Below, in pieces: positions 38,288 through 47,790 of a DNA stretch of 61,705 nt. The notes below the pieces were generated by a model. The model was not told where the DNA came from. It made no database searches and saw only the letters and a program-made list of their open reading frames with translations. The stretch is taken from positions 1 through 61,705 of the forward strand of contig JBBRQB010000005.1 of the NCBI GenBank assembly GCA_038227105.1, read 5' to 3'. Position numbers and translations under genes: made by a program. Every line of letters begins with the position of its first letter. The stretch's first letter is position 1. The DNA comes from Candidatus Limnocylindria bacterium (GTDB lineage: Bacteria; Chloroflexota; Limnocylindria; P2-11E).

Positions 38288-38530
38288 TCACCGGTCCGTG
38301 CCGGGCGTTGGCGGTGCATCGTCTGGATGAGCAGGCGGTACGCAGGGAGAGTGGCTGCGAGCAGATCGTTCCCCGCCGTGTCCGCGCGACATGGAATTCT
38401 TCGCGACTTCGCACTCCGACTCGAGGCGGTCGCCGCTACTGAGCACGCCGGCGAAGATCGCCTTTTCGATCTGGGACACGATCTCACCCGAAACGCCGGC
38501 CTGCCGGACCGGCGTGAACGCCATTGCCAT
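38288..38530 (-). pseudogene. Internally deleted, frameshifted GntR/FadR regulator
   Basis: MAFTPVRQ...IVSQIEKAIFAGVLSSGDRLESE (wHTH start) followed in other frames by EFHVA and ADTAGNDLL (FCD piece). Confidence 0.6.
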
Positions 38531-38640
38531 GTCCTTGTGCCTCCCTGCGAGCTTGTTTGGCGCAAAGGTATAGCAATCGGACACCCGAACGGGCGCCATT
38601 CGCGACACGCCGCGATCACGTGAGAACGCGTGGAGGGAAC

Positions 38641-38720
38641 TTGACCCAGCGATACGGTTCGGACCTGGTCGTCGACCTGCTCCATGGGCTTCGGCATCGA
38701 CTACGCGGCGCTGAACCTCC
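38641..38720 (+). pseudogene. N-terminal remnant of a ThDP-binding enzyme
   Basis: GGAGGG RBS, TTG, RYGSDLVVDLLHG, then after a one-base shift FGIDYAALN; truncated. Confidence 0.55.
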
Positions 38721-38798
38721 CGCCGAGACCGACGACCGCCATGACGCGACATGCGAGCGCGACGAACGACCGGTTCCCGGTCTCGCGCGGCCGTGCGC

Positions 38799-39344
38799 TC
38801 AGGTCGGATACCCCTCGGGCGACTCGTCCGACGTAACAGGCCCGATGTTGGCGTAGCGGCGGCGGAACCGGAGCAGGGCGTCGACCTTTGACGGGTCGAC
38901 GTGGTGGGCAACGAGCTCTCCCGTGAACAGCAGGTGGTCGCCGGTCTCCTGTGTATCGCGGACGCGGCACCAGAGCACCGCGATGCAGCCCTGCACGCCC
39001 GGCGCACCGCCCGCCCCATCCGGCGCTTCGAGCGGCGTGATCCGGAGCGTCGTGAACTTGTCCGGGCCCTCGGCGGATCTCCCGGCGCGCTCGGCGATGA
39101 CCTGCTGCGAGCTGTGCAGGAACGACACGCTAAAGGCGCCGCTCCGCTGGATCAGCTTGCAGGTGCGGCTTCCGGGGTGCTCCGCGATGGCGAGCATCGG
39201 CGGGACGAATGACACATACATCGCGGTGCCCGTCGCGCACGAACGCTCATGACCGTCGGCGGCGCCGATGATGGCCACCCCATGCGGGATGCGGGACAGC
39301 GCGTCACGCGCGATCGCATAGCGATCGCCGGAGTCGGGCGGCAC
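38799..39344 (-). CDS. Flavin reductase-like protein
   Basis: RDALSRIPHGVAII, VSFVPPML, GDHLLFTG. Confidence 0.85.
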   Translation of the reverse strand: MPPDSGDRYAIARDALSRIPHGVAIIGAADGHERSCATGTAMYVSFVPPMLAIAEHPGSRTCKLIQRSGAFSVSFLHSSQQVIAERAGRSAEGPDKFTTLRITPLEAPDGAGGAPGVQGCIAVLWCRVRDTQETGDHLLFTGELVAHHVDPSKVDALLRFRRRYANIGPVTSDESPEGYPT

Positions 39345-39435
39345 GCGGCGAGGCTAGCACGAATGGTCGAATGGTCTAACAGTTCCGCCGTCGCGTCGGC
39401 GACACGCGACGGGAGGAGTCGGCACGCTGCGGTCA

Positions 39436-39652
39436 TGCACAAGCTGCTCAACGTGACCGATCAGGACGCGCTGTGGCAGACACGACGACGACGTGACCCG
39501 GATCTTCCCGATCCACCCCGAGGTCGCGCCGCGGGCGTGGACCGAGAGCCGCGATGAGCTCGCAGACGAACGCGGACCTGAAGGGTCTCGAAGTGCTAGG
39601 TGATCGACGCCTCATTCGTGAACAACGCGCAGGACCGGAAGCTCGGCGGCTA
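39436..39652 (+). pseudogene. Frameshifted C-terminal remnant of an ABC substrate-binding protein
   Basis: Pieces KLLNVTDQDALWQT / DDVTRIFPIHPEV / TNADLKGL / VIDASFVNNAQDRKLGG* in shifting frames. Confidence 0.4.
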
Positions 39653-40639
39653 GACGCGCACGGCCTTCAATGTCGTGCTTGCGAACAGCTCCTCAGGTTT
39701 CAGCTGGGCGTGCGCGACGCCCTGCTCGAACGCGAAGCGCAGGAAGGCCTCGAGGGTCGTGCGGTTCGGCTCGACCCCGTAGGCCCAGTAGTCGGCGCCG
39801 TGATGGGTCTGGGCATCCTCGGCGTACGTTGTGATCCACGGGACCGGGAATCGCGGCGCGGCAGGATCGACCGCCCGCCTCAGGCTCCGGGCCTTCGCGG
39901 CGTCGAAAGCGCTGAACAGGTTCATCGCGACCCATGGGTGCGCGTCGAGCGTCTCGCGGGTGATCGCGACCGTGTGCATGATCGGGAAGATGCCCGTCTC
40001 GTCCCAGTAACGCTCCTCGACCGAACGGGGATCGCGCAGGAGCCGCCGGACACGAGGGTCGCGCGCGACGAAGCTCGCCGGCGGCTGGGCGGTCATGATC
40101 GCGTCGACGCCGCCGGAGAGCAACATGTCGTTGAGCGATGTCTCCGGCCGCGCGGTGACACGTATGCCCGGAGGTAGCTTGAGCGCGACCTTCTCCCTGC
40201 GGCCCGGCTCGTCCACGCCGGCCTGCTGCCAGTCGATGGACGCGAGATCGACACCGCAGTCGTGCGCAAGCCAGCCGCGGCAGTAGATCGCGGCCGTCTG
40301 GGCCCATTCGGGGAGCCCGAGGCGCTTCCCGGCGAGCTCGCGCGGATCCTCCAGCGGGCTGTCGGTGCGTACGTAGATCGCCGACTGGCGGAAGATCCGT
40401 GACGGGAAGACGGGGATCGCGATCATCGAGTTGTCGCCCTGCGACCGCAGCGCCACGTACTTGCCGAGTCCGAACTCGCTGATGTCCCACTCGCGCGCCG
40501 CGGTGAATCGGGCGAAGATCTCGGGGATCGTGAGATCGAGGCAGGTCAGCGCGACGCCCTCGACGCGGACTTTGCCGCTCGTCAGGTCACGTACGTGGTC
40601 GTAGTCGCTGATCGCAAGGGTGAGCGCGAGCTCGTTCAT
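39650..40639 (-). CDS. PhtD-like (4,5-dihydroxyphthalate decarboxylase family, binding-protein fold)
   Basis: DYDHVRDL, IPVFPSRIFRQS, PEWAQTAA, GIFPIMH, YWAYGVEPNR. Confidence 0.85.
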   Translation of the reverse strand: MNELALTLAISDYDHVRDLTSGKVRVEGVALTCLDLTIPEIFARFTAAREWDISEFGLGKYVALRSQGDNSMIAIPVFPSRIFRQSAIYVRTDSPLEDPRELAGKRLGLPEWAQTAAIYCRGWLAHDCGVDLASIDWQQAGVDEPGRREKVALKLPPGIRVTARPETSLNDMLLSGGVDAIMTAQPPASFVARDPRVRRLLRDPRSVEERYWDETGIFPIMHTVAITRETLDAHPWVAMNLFSAFDAAKARSLRRAVDPAAPRFPVPWITTYAEDAQTHHGADYWAYGVEPNRTTLEAFLRFAFEQGVAHAQLKPEELFASTTLKAVRV

Positions 40640-40646
40640 GGCAGGG

Positions 40647-41486
40647 TCAGGCCCCCGCCGTGCGGTCGTCGATGTGCCACGGCGTCAGGCGTTTGAGCGT
40701 CCACCCCGTGAGCGCGTGGATGAGCACGCCGACCAGCATGATGGCGAAGATCGGTACGAGCATGTCGGCGGTCCGGAACGTGGCGGCGGCCGTCAGGATG
40801 AGGCCGCCCAGGCCGGTGATCGCACCGGTCATCTGCGCGACCACCACGCCGACCCACGCGGCCGAGAGGGCGATGCGCAGACCAGCGAACACGAAGGGCA
40901 GCGATGCCGGCACCACGATCGTGCGCATGATCTGCATCTCCGAAGCGCAGAACGCACGGCCGCCGTCGATGAGATCCGGTTCGACGTTCCGGGCGCCCGC
41001 TGCGGCGTTGATGAGGATCGGCAGCAGCGTCGACTCGAACACGAGCGCGACCTGGAACTGGATGCTGAAGCCGAACCACAGGATGAAGAGAGGCACCAGC
41101 GCAACGCTCGGGATCACGTAGAAGAACGTGATGTACGGATCGAGGACGAACTCGAGCGAACGGAAGCGGCCAATGAGCAGGCCGACCGGGATGCCCACGA
41201 CCAGGCCGAGCAGCGTCCCGAGCGCGAACGCGGTCAGGCTCTCGACGAGCGGACCCCAGAGCGCGTTCTCGCCGGAGAGGTGTCGCAGGATCGCCGCGGC
41301 CACTTCGCTCGGCGGTGCGAACAGCGCGCGGTCGAGGGGCCTCGCGAGCATCTCCCAGCCGCCAATGATCACGACGAACGTGAGCAGGCGGATGGCCCAC
41401 ACCACCGCGCGCCGGTCGAGCGGCCCGCGTTTCACGTCGCGGAGCGGCCGCGACAGCGGTGCCGTGACGATGGCCGTGCCGCTCAC
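40647..41486 (-). CDS. ABC permease (NitT/TauT)
   Basis: GRAFCAS, FAGLR, GVVVAQM. Confidence 0.9.
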   Translation of the reverse strand: MSGTAIVTAPLSRPLRDVKRGPLDRRAVVWAIRLLTFVVIIGGWEMLARPLDRALFAPPSEVAAAILRHLSGENALWGPLVESLTAFALGTLLGLVVGIPVGLLIGRFRSLEFVLDPYITFFYVIPSVALVPLFILWFGFSIQFQVALVFESTLLPILINAAAGARNVEPDLIDGGRAFCASEMQIMRTIVVPASLPFVFAGLRIALSAAWVGVVVAQMTGAITGLGGLILTAAATFRTADMLVPIFAIMLVGVLIHALTGWTLKRLTPWHIDDRTAGA

Positions 41487-42262
41487 CTCGCCCGCCCCAG
41501 CTCGGTCCACGGCGCCGCCCACCCCTGGAACCAGCGCAGCGCGCCGGTCATGAGAAGGCCGAAGATGCCGACGGCGATGATGCCGACGAAGAGCTGATCG
41601 ACCAGGAAGAACGTCCCGTAGTCGACGAGCTTGCGACCGATGCCGGTGAGCGAGGCGCCCATCTCGGCGACGATGACGCCACCGAGGGCTCGGGCGATGC
41701 CCAGGCGGAGTCCGGTGAACACGAACGGCAGCGAGCTTGGCAGGATGATCGTCAGCAGGCGCTGGCGGCTGCTCGCGACGAAGACACGGCCGACCTCCAG
41801 GAGGGCCTGGTCAACATTGCGCGTTCCGGCGTACGTGTTGACGATCATCGGGAAGATCGCCGAGAGCACGACGATCGCCACACGGAGCTTGAAGTCGAGC
41901 CCGAACCAGAGCACGAGCAGGGGGATGAGGGCGATCCGTGGCGTGACGTAGAGCGCGTTCACGTAGGGGGCGAGGATGATGTCCACGAGGCGGATGCGTC
42001 CCATCGCCACCCCGATGACGAGCGCCAGCGGGATCGCGATGGCGAGGCCTGCGCCGAAACCGATGAGCGTCGAAGCGAATGCCGGGATGATGTCCCGGAA
42101 GAAGATCCGTGAAGCCGCAACCGCGATCTCGCTCGGGTACGACGCGAACAGGGGCTGCCTTCGGCCGAGTAGCTCCCACACGGCGAGCACGACCGCGAGA
42201 GAGAGTATCGCGATGCGCTCGCGCCGGCCAAGCGCGAGGCGACGGTGCCGGTCTGGTCTCAC
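41483..42262 (-). CDS. ABC permease (NitT/TauT)
   Basis: GRVFVAS, FTGLR, GVIVAEM. Confidence 0.9.
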   Translation of the reverse strand: MRPDRHRRLALGRRERIAILSLAVVLAVWELLGRRQPLFASYPSEIAVAASRIFFRDIIPAFASTLIGFGAGLAIAIPLALVIGVAMGRIRLVDIILAPYVNALYVTPRIALIPLLVLWFGLDFKLRVAIVVLSAIFPMIVNTYAGTRNVDQALLEVGRVFVASSRQRLLTIILPSSLPFVFTGLRLGIARALGGVIVAEMGASLTGIGRKLVDYGTFFLVDQLFVGIIAVGIFGLLMTGALRWFQGWAAPWTELGRAR

Positions 42263-42295
42263 CGCGGCACCGTCGCCTAGCCCGAGCTCAACGCG

Positions 42296-43351
42296 CTATT
42301 TCTTGCCATTCCGGGCAAGGTAATTGTTCATGTACGTCTGGTCGACCCAGAGGTCGGTCGTCGGGATCCTTCCGGTGAGGACGCCGAGCTGTGCGGCGTA
42401 GCCGACGTAGGTCTCGACCGACGGGATGTCGATGCCGCCGTTCACCGGCCAGAAGTTCACAGCCTTGAAGTAGTCCCAGGCCGGCCCGATGCCGTCAGGG
42501 TTCGCGTCGGGGACCCAGGTCTTCGCGAAGGCGACGAACTGGTCCTTGTTGCCTGCGGCCCAGCGCATCGCGTCGATGTATCCGTCGACGACCAGCTGCG
42601 CAAGCTTCGGGTTCGCCTTCAGCCAATTTCCCGTCGTGATCATGCCCGTGACGGGATAATTGCCGACGGTCTTGCCGCAGTCGCTGAGGATCTTCAGCGC
42701 GCCGTTGCTCTTCGCCACGGCGGCGTTCGCGTCGGAGATGTGCGCCGCGCCGAAGTCGATCTGACCGGCGAGCAGCGCCGCGACCCGGGCACTCGTGCCG
42801 CCGATCCGGACGATCTTCAGCGAGCTGTAGTCGAAGCCCTGATTGTTGAGGCAGAGGTGCATGACGAGCTCGCTCGCGTCACCCGGCGCGCTGATGCCCT
42901 GGGTCTTGCCCTTGAGGTCCGCGATCGATGCGATCGAGGACTTTGCGACCATCTGGTAGTCGCTGGCGTAGGTGTCCGCGGCGATGATGCGGACATCCGT
43001 GCTCGACTGCTTCACCAGGTTCACGACATCGGTGAGCGACATCGCGACGGCCATGTCGTCGGCGTTCGAGACGACGGCCCGGAGCGAGACGTCGGTGGCC
43101 GAGGTGAAGTCGAACTTCACGGTCACGCCGTACTTGTCGAGCATGGTCTTCGCCCAGTAGCCGACCGCCGCATCATCGACCGCGGTGCCCGCACTCTTCG
43201 CGACCTTGATGGTCGTTCCCTTGAAGGCGGTCGCCGGGTCGGCCGAGGCCGATCCGCCCGCCGATGCCGATGGGGCATTTCCGCCGGTCGTGGTGCATGC
43301 AGCGAGCAGGCCGGCGATGACCGCGATCGCGAGGACCCTCTTGAATGGCAT
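42296..43351 (-). CDS. NitT/TauT ABC substrate-binding lipoprotein
   Basis: Lipobox LAAC, ADLKGK, ARVAALLAGQID; ATG 43351 with GGAGGGG RBS. Confidence 0.88.
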   Translation of the reverse strand: MPFKRVLAIAVIAGLLAACTTTGGNAPSASAGGSASADPATAFKGTTIKVAKSAGTAVDDAAVGYWAKTMLDKYGVTVKFDFTSATDVSLRAVVSNADDMAVAMSLTDVVNLVKQSSTDVRIIAADTYASDYQMVAKSSIASIADLKGKTQGISAPGDASELVMHLCLNNQGFDYSSLKIVRIGGTSARVAALLAGQIDFGAAHISDANAAVAKSNGALKILSDCGKTVGNYPVTGMITTGNWLKANPKLAQLVVDGYIDAMRWAAGNKDQFVAFAKTWVPDANPDGIGPAWDYFKAVNFWPVNGGIDIPSVETYVGYAAQLGVLTGRIPTTDLWVDQTYMNNYLARNGKK

Positions 43352-43430
43352 TTGGACCCCTCCCAACGCACCCATCCCGCCGCGCCTTCTCACGCGGCGA
43401 GCGAAGCTCTTCCGCTCCAGTGCCTGTGGT

Positions 43431-43458
43431 AGCACAAATTTTGTTTCAGTCAACGCAT
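43431..43458 (-). promoter_or_regulatory. Promoter/operator element shared with 53760
   Basis: ACAAATnnTGTTnCnGTCAACGCAT; minus strand reads TTGAC followed by an ACA-N5-TGT dyad. Confidence 0.55.
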
Positions 43459-43482
43459 GTCTTTGCAGAATATCTTGCCGGA

Positions 43483-44256
43483 TCAGGAGACCGCGAGCTC
43501 CGCGCGGACCAGTTGCTGGTCGAGAAGGGTCCAGATCTCTTCGCGGATCCGGGCGTATTCGGGCTCGGCGCGGAAGTTGTAGTCGGCCCGCGGCTTCCGC
43601 AAGGTCACCGGGAACTCGGCAATGATCCGGCCGGGCTTGACACCCATGACCACGATCCGGTCGGAGAGGTAGACCGCTTCGTCGATCGAGTGCGTCACGA
43701 AGAGGACCGTGAGGTCGCGCTCGGCGCAGAGGCGCTGAAGCTGACCCTGGAGGTGCTCGCGCGTGAGCGCGTCGAGCGACCCGAACGGTTCGTCCATAAG
43801 CAAGAGCTTGGGCGCGATCGCGAGCGCCCGTGCGATGCCGACCCGCTGGCGCTGACCGCCCGACATTTGACCCGGGTAGTGATTGGCATGCGTCTCGAGG
43901 CCGACGCCCGCAAGGTGGCTGCGCGCGACGTCGAGCCGCTTCTCCTTCGGTACGCCCTGGATCTCGAGGCCGTAGGCGACGTTCGCGAGAGCGGTCCTCC
44001 ACGGCAGCAGGTTGAAATGCTGGAACACGACGGCCTTGTCACGGGACGGGCCGACGCTCGGTTTCCCGTCGACGAAGATCCGGCCGCTCGTCGGTTGGAG
44101 CAGACCCGCGACCATCCGAAGGACGGTCGTCTTGCCGCAGCCCGACGGGCCGATGAGCGTCACGAACTCGCCGCGCTTCACGTCGAGCCGGAAGCGCTCG
44201 ACCACCGGCTCGGTCCGGCGGGGGAAGGTCTTTTCGAGGTCCTCGATCGTCAGCAC
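43483..44256 (-). CDS. ABC ATP-binding protein
   Basis: GPSGCGKTT, MSGGQRQR, LLMDEPF, VTH. Confidence 0.93.
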   Translation of the reverse strand: MLTIEDLEKTFPRRTEPVVERFRLDVKRGEFVTLIGPSGCGKTTVLRMVAGLLQPTSGRIFVDGKPSVGPSRDKAVVFQHFNLLPWRTALANVAYGLEIQGVPKEKRLDVARSHLAGVGLETHANHYPGQMSGGQRQRVGIARALAIAPKLLLMDEPFGSLDALTREHLQGQLQRLCAERDLTVLFVTHSIDEAVYLSDRIVVMGVKPGRIIAEFPVTLRKPRADYNFRAEPEYARIREEIWTLLDQQLVRAELAVS

Positions 44257-44367
44257 GCGCCTGCACTCCTCATCCCGGTCGGAGCCGTGCCGGTTGACGC
44301 CTCACGTTCCGCAACCATACCCTGTCTGCAATCTACGTTGCCAGCCGCACGAGAGGAAGAGGGTCCA

Positions 44368-45312
44368 GTGGAGTTCAGTCTCGCGGTCCAGAACAATCGG
44401 CTTGGAGCCTCCGCCGAGGGCATGGACGCGGCCGGGGAGGCTGCCACCCGGTTCGGCTTCAAGACCCTGTGGGTCGCCGACCATCTGCTCGTGTCACGCA
44501 AGGGCGGCCCGAAGGCCGACGCCTGGTACGCCCAGTACAACCTGCTCGAGCACGAGTGGATCCTCGAGGCGCTGTTGTCACTGATGTACATCGGGGCGCG
44601 CCACGAGAAGGTCCTGCTCGGCCTCGGCGTCATCGTTCCGGCCATGCGCGACGCCCCGGCACTTGCGAAGGAGATCGCCTCGCTCGACACGCTGAGCGGC
44701 GGGCGCGTCGTCGCCGGCGTCGGGGTCGGGGACGAGGAGGACTACCTCGAGTACCAGAACCTCGGGAAGGAGGATCGCTTCATGGTTCGCGGTGCTTACC
44801 TGAACGAGACGATCGCCCTGTGGCGGCACCTCTGGTCCGGCAGCACCGAGCCATTCACAGGCAAGTTCCACCAGCTCACCGACTTCACGTTCCAGCCGCC
44901 TCCGCCGCAGGGCGGCGCCCTCCCGATCTTCGCGAGCGGCCGCAGCGATCGCGCGCTCGCGCGCGTCGGCACGAACCTGGACGGCTACCTGGGCTCGCGC
45001 TGGTCGCCTGGGCAGTTCCAGGACAAGTGGCCCGCTGCGATCGAGCGCGCTCGCGCGAACGGACGGCCGAAGCCGTACCTCGCGATGCGCGTTCGTATCC
45101 GGATCGGCGAAGAGCCAGACGAGATCTGGAGCCTGTGCGGACGCGCGGAGAGCATCGTATCCGGGCTTCTCGACTACGAGGCCGCGGGCGCCAACGAGGT
45201 CGTCCTCGTGTTCGATGCTGTACGCCCCGAGGATGTGCGCCGCGACACCGAGCGGTTCGCGCGCGACGTGCTCGAGCCGTACCGGGAGCGTTCGGCGCTG
45301 CAGCGCGTCTAG
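44368..45312 (+). CDS. LLM-class flavin/F420-dependent oxidoreductase A
   Basis: GFKTLWVADH, LDTLSGGR, GVGVG; GTG 44368 after GAGG. Confidence 0.88.
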   Translation: MEFSLAVQNNRLGASAEGMDAAGEAATRFGFKTLWVADHLLVSRKGGPKADAWYAQYNLLEHEWILEALLSLMYIGARHEKVLLGLGVIVPAMRDAPALAKEIASLDTLSGGRVVAGVGVGDEEDYLEYQNLGKEDRFMVRGAYLNETIALWRHLWSGSTEPFTGKFHQLTDFTFQPPPPQGGALPIFASGRSDRALARVGTNLDGYLGSRWSPGQFQDKWPAAIERARANGRPKPYLAMRVRIRIGEEPDEIWSLCGRAESIVSGLLDYEAAGANEVVLVFDAVRPEDVRRDTERFARDVLEPYRERSALQRV

Positions 45313-45317
45313 CGGCC

Positions 45318-46250
45318 GTGGACATCGGTGTCGCGATCCCCAATCACCGAGCGGGTGCATCGATCCAAGGCCTCACGGCCGCTGCCGACGCGGCGGTCCG
45401 GCACGGCTGGCGGTCGCTTTGGGCCGTCGACCACCTCGTCGTCTCGCGCAGCGAGGCGGTTGACTACGGCTGGACGCTCGAGCCGCTCGTGTCGCTGGCC
45501 TACCTCGGCGCGCTCTACCCCACCCTCCGTATCGCGACGGGCGTGCTCGTGCCGGCCATGCGGGATGCGGTACATCTGGCGAAGGAGCTTGCGACGCTCG
45601 ACAACATCCTCGGTGCCGACCGTCTGATCGTGGGCGTTGGCGTCGGCGATGCGGAGGACGAGATCGAGTACGCGAACCTCGGGAAGGCCGATCGCTTCCA
45701 TACCCGCGGGGCGTACCTGGACGAGGCGATCGCGCTGTGGCGGCATCTGTGGTCGGGCACGGCCGAACCATTCGCCGGGCGCTTCAACACGCTCGCCGAC
45801 TTCACGTTCGCGCCCCTGCCGATCCGGAAGGACAAGCTGCTCGTGATCTCCGGTGGCCGCTCGGATCGCGCGCTCACCCGCGTGGGCCGGCTCACCGACG
45901 GCTTCTATTCGAGCCGCTGGGGTCCGACCGAGCTGCGCGAGCGTTGGCCCGGCATGCTCGCCACCGCCGCAACGAATGGGCGGCCCCGTCCGTTCCTCGC
46001 GGCGCGCGTGCGCGTGCGGTTCGATGTCGATCCGAGCAGCACGACCGTGTACGCGGTTTGCGGCACGCCCGAGCAGATGGTCGCCGAGCTCCTCGCCTTC
46101 GCTGAGGTCGGCGTCGATGAGTTCGTGACCGTGCTCGACGCGGTGCTGCCGGCTGACGTCACGCGGCTCGCCGATCGCTTCGAGCGCGACGTCGTTCGGC
46201 CGTTCCGCGCGGCGCTAGGGGGCGCGCGGCCGTCTAGCCCGCCGGACTGA
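45318..46250 (+). CDS. LLM-class oxidoreductase B (paralog of A)
   Basis: SLWAVDH, GVGVGD, EYANLGKADRF.RGAYL; GTG 45318. Confidence 0.88.
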   Translation: MDIGVAIPNHRAGASIQGLTAAADAAVRHGWRSLWAVDHLVVSRSEAVDYGWTLEPLVSLAYLGALYPTLRIATGVLVPAMRDAVHLAKELATLDNILGADRLIVGVGVGDAEDEIEYANLGKADRFHTRGAYLDEAIALWRHLWSGTAEPFAGRFNTLADFTFAPLPIRKDKLLVISGGRSDRALTRVGRLTDGFYSSRWGPTELRERWPGMLATAATNGRPRPFLAARVRVRFDVDPSSTTVYAVCGTPEQMVAELLAFAEVGVDEFVTVLDAVLPADVTRLADRFERDVVRPFRAALGGARPSSPPD

Positions 46251-46647
46251 AGCGCGGGATCGAGATGTCCGTGTCGGGTACGGGCTCGAACACGACGCGC
46301 ACCGCCATCCCGACACAGACCTGCTCGTTGGGGACGCCGATCACGTTGCTGAACATGCGCGGCCCTTCGTCGAGCTGGATGAGCGCCACGTTGTACGGCA
46401 CGCGCGACGCCCATGCCGGGTTGTACGCACGGTCGAACACAACGAACGACAGCACGCTGCCCCGGCCCGAGAGCGCGGTCCACGCGAACTCCGCTGAGAG
46501 GCACCGCGGGCACACGGGAGCGACCGGGTAGCGCACGTGTCCGCACGAGGCGCACCGCTGCATCGCGAGCGTGCCTGCACGAGCCGCTTCCCAGAAGCCT
46601 CGGTTCTCGGCGGTTATGACCGGCAGGACCTGCTCGACCTCGTCCAT
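46234..46647 (-). CDS. DUF35 Zn-ribbon/OB-fold protein (ChsH2-like)
   Basis: FWEAA, CASCG...CPRC, LDEGPR. Confidence 0.9.
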   Translation of the reverse strand: MDEVEQVLPVITAENRGFWEAARAGTLAMQRCASCGHVRYPVAPVCPRCLSAEFAWTALSGRGSVLSFVVFDRAYNPAWASRVPYNVALIQLDEGPRMFSNVIGVPNEQVCVGMAVRVVFEPVPDTDISIPRFSPAG

Positions 46648-47786
46648 CAGCGGCCGAGCACCAGCGTGCTTGCGGTGTTGAGCGTCATGCCGCGGCCGGT
46701 CACCAGGCAGAGCTCGGCATCCGCGATCTGCCGCTCGCCCGCCTCGCGACGGATCTGCCGCACACCCTCGGAGATGTGCAGCCAGCCCTGCATGTACGAC
46801 TCGGAGAGGTTGCCGCCCGCGGTATTGATGGGGAGGTCGCCGCGCAGGCCGATCCGCTCGCCACCCTCGACGAACGGACCGGACTCACCGGTCTTGCAGA
46901 AGCCGGCGTGCTCGAGCCAGAAGAGCACCGCGATGGTGAAGTTGTCGTACAGCTGCGCGACGTCGATGTCCTTTGGAGACACGCCGGCCATCCGGTACGC
47001 ACGCGACACGCAGTCGGCCTGGTGCGGGAGGTACCACCAGTCCTCGCGACCCATGTTCTGCGTCGTGTGCCCTTGGCCCATACCCCAGATGATCGCGGGA
47101 TGGTGCGGACCGGCCGCAGCACGCTCCGGCGAGGTCACGATGAGCGCGACGCCGCCATCGGTGATGAGGCAGCAGTCGTACAAGCGCAGCGGGTCCACGA
47201 TGAGGCGTGATGCCTGGTGATCCGCGATCGTCATCGGCTCGCGCATCACCGCCGCGGGATTCAGCTGCGCGTTCCGGCGCCCGTTCACTGCGACCCATCC
47301 GAGCTGCTCGCTCGTCGTCCCGTAGAGCGACATGTGGCGGCGAGCCCCGATGGCACTGTTCGCGGCGTTGCCGAACATGCCCCAGATGCCCCATGAGTCG
47401 GTGCCGCCCGCCGCCGAGTCGAACTTTGACCCCGCCGTCCGCGCGGCGTCACCGAAGACACAGGCGACCACGTTCGCCATCCCGGTCGAGACCGCCATCG
47501 CCGCCTGCTGCACGAGCACGCCCGCGGTGGCCCCGCCCATCGACATCGACCCGGTGAAGCTCGGGTCGATGCCGAGGCGCTCGCCGAGCGCCAGGTAGTG
47601 CTTCGCACCTTCCGGCGACGACGTGCCGGGCATCGTCAGAAGACCGTCCACCTCGTCCTTGCGGATCCCGGCGTCGGCGAGCGCGTTCTTGAATGCCTCG
47701 GTCCCGAGCGAGAGCGCTGTCTCGCCGGGCAGCTTTCCCTGCCGGCTCTGCCCGATGCCGGCGATCGCCGCCTTCCGCCACGCCAT
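46647..47786 (-). CDS. Thiolase-superfamily protein (Ltp2/SCP-x type)
   Basis: DCCLITDGG, QLYDNF, NTAGGNLSESY; paired with DUF35. Confidence 0.9.
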   Translation of the reverse strand: MAWRKAAIAGIGQSRQGKLPGETALSLGTEAFKNALADAGIRKDEVDGLLTMPGTSSPEGAKHYLALGERLGIDPSFTGSMSMGGATAGVLVQQAAMAVSTGMANVVACVFGDAARTAGSKFDSAAGGTDSWGIWGMFGNAANSAIGARRHMSLYGTTSEQLGWVAVNGRRNAQLNPAAVMREPMTIADHQASRLIVDPLRLYDCCLITDGGVALIVTSPERAAAGPHHPAIIWGMGQGHTTQNMGREDWWYLPHQADCVSRAYRMAGVSPKDIDVAQLYDNFTIAVLFWLEHAGFCKTGESGPFVEGGERIGLRGDLPINTAGGNLSESYMQGWLHISEGVRQIRREAGERQIADAELCLVTGRGMTLNTASTLVLGR

Positions 47787-47790
47787 CGCG

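Noticed and set aside
39481-39496. Short GAC repeat as a phase-variable tract
   Set aside because: Too short, and it lies within a decayed remnant
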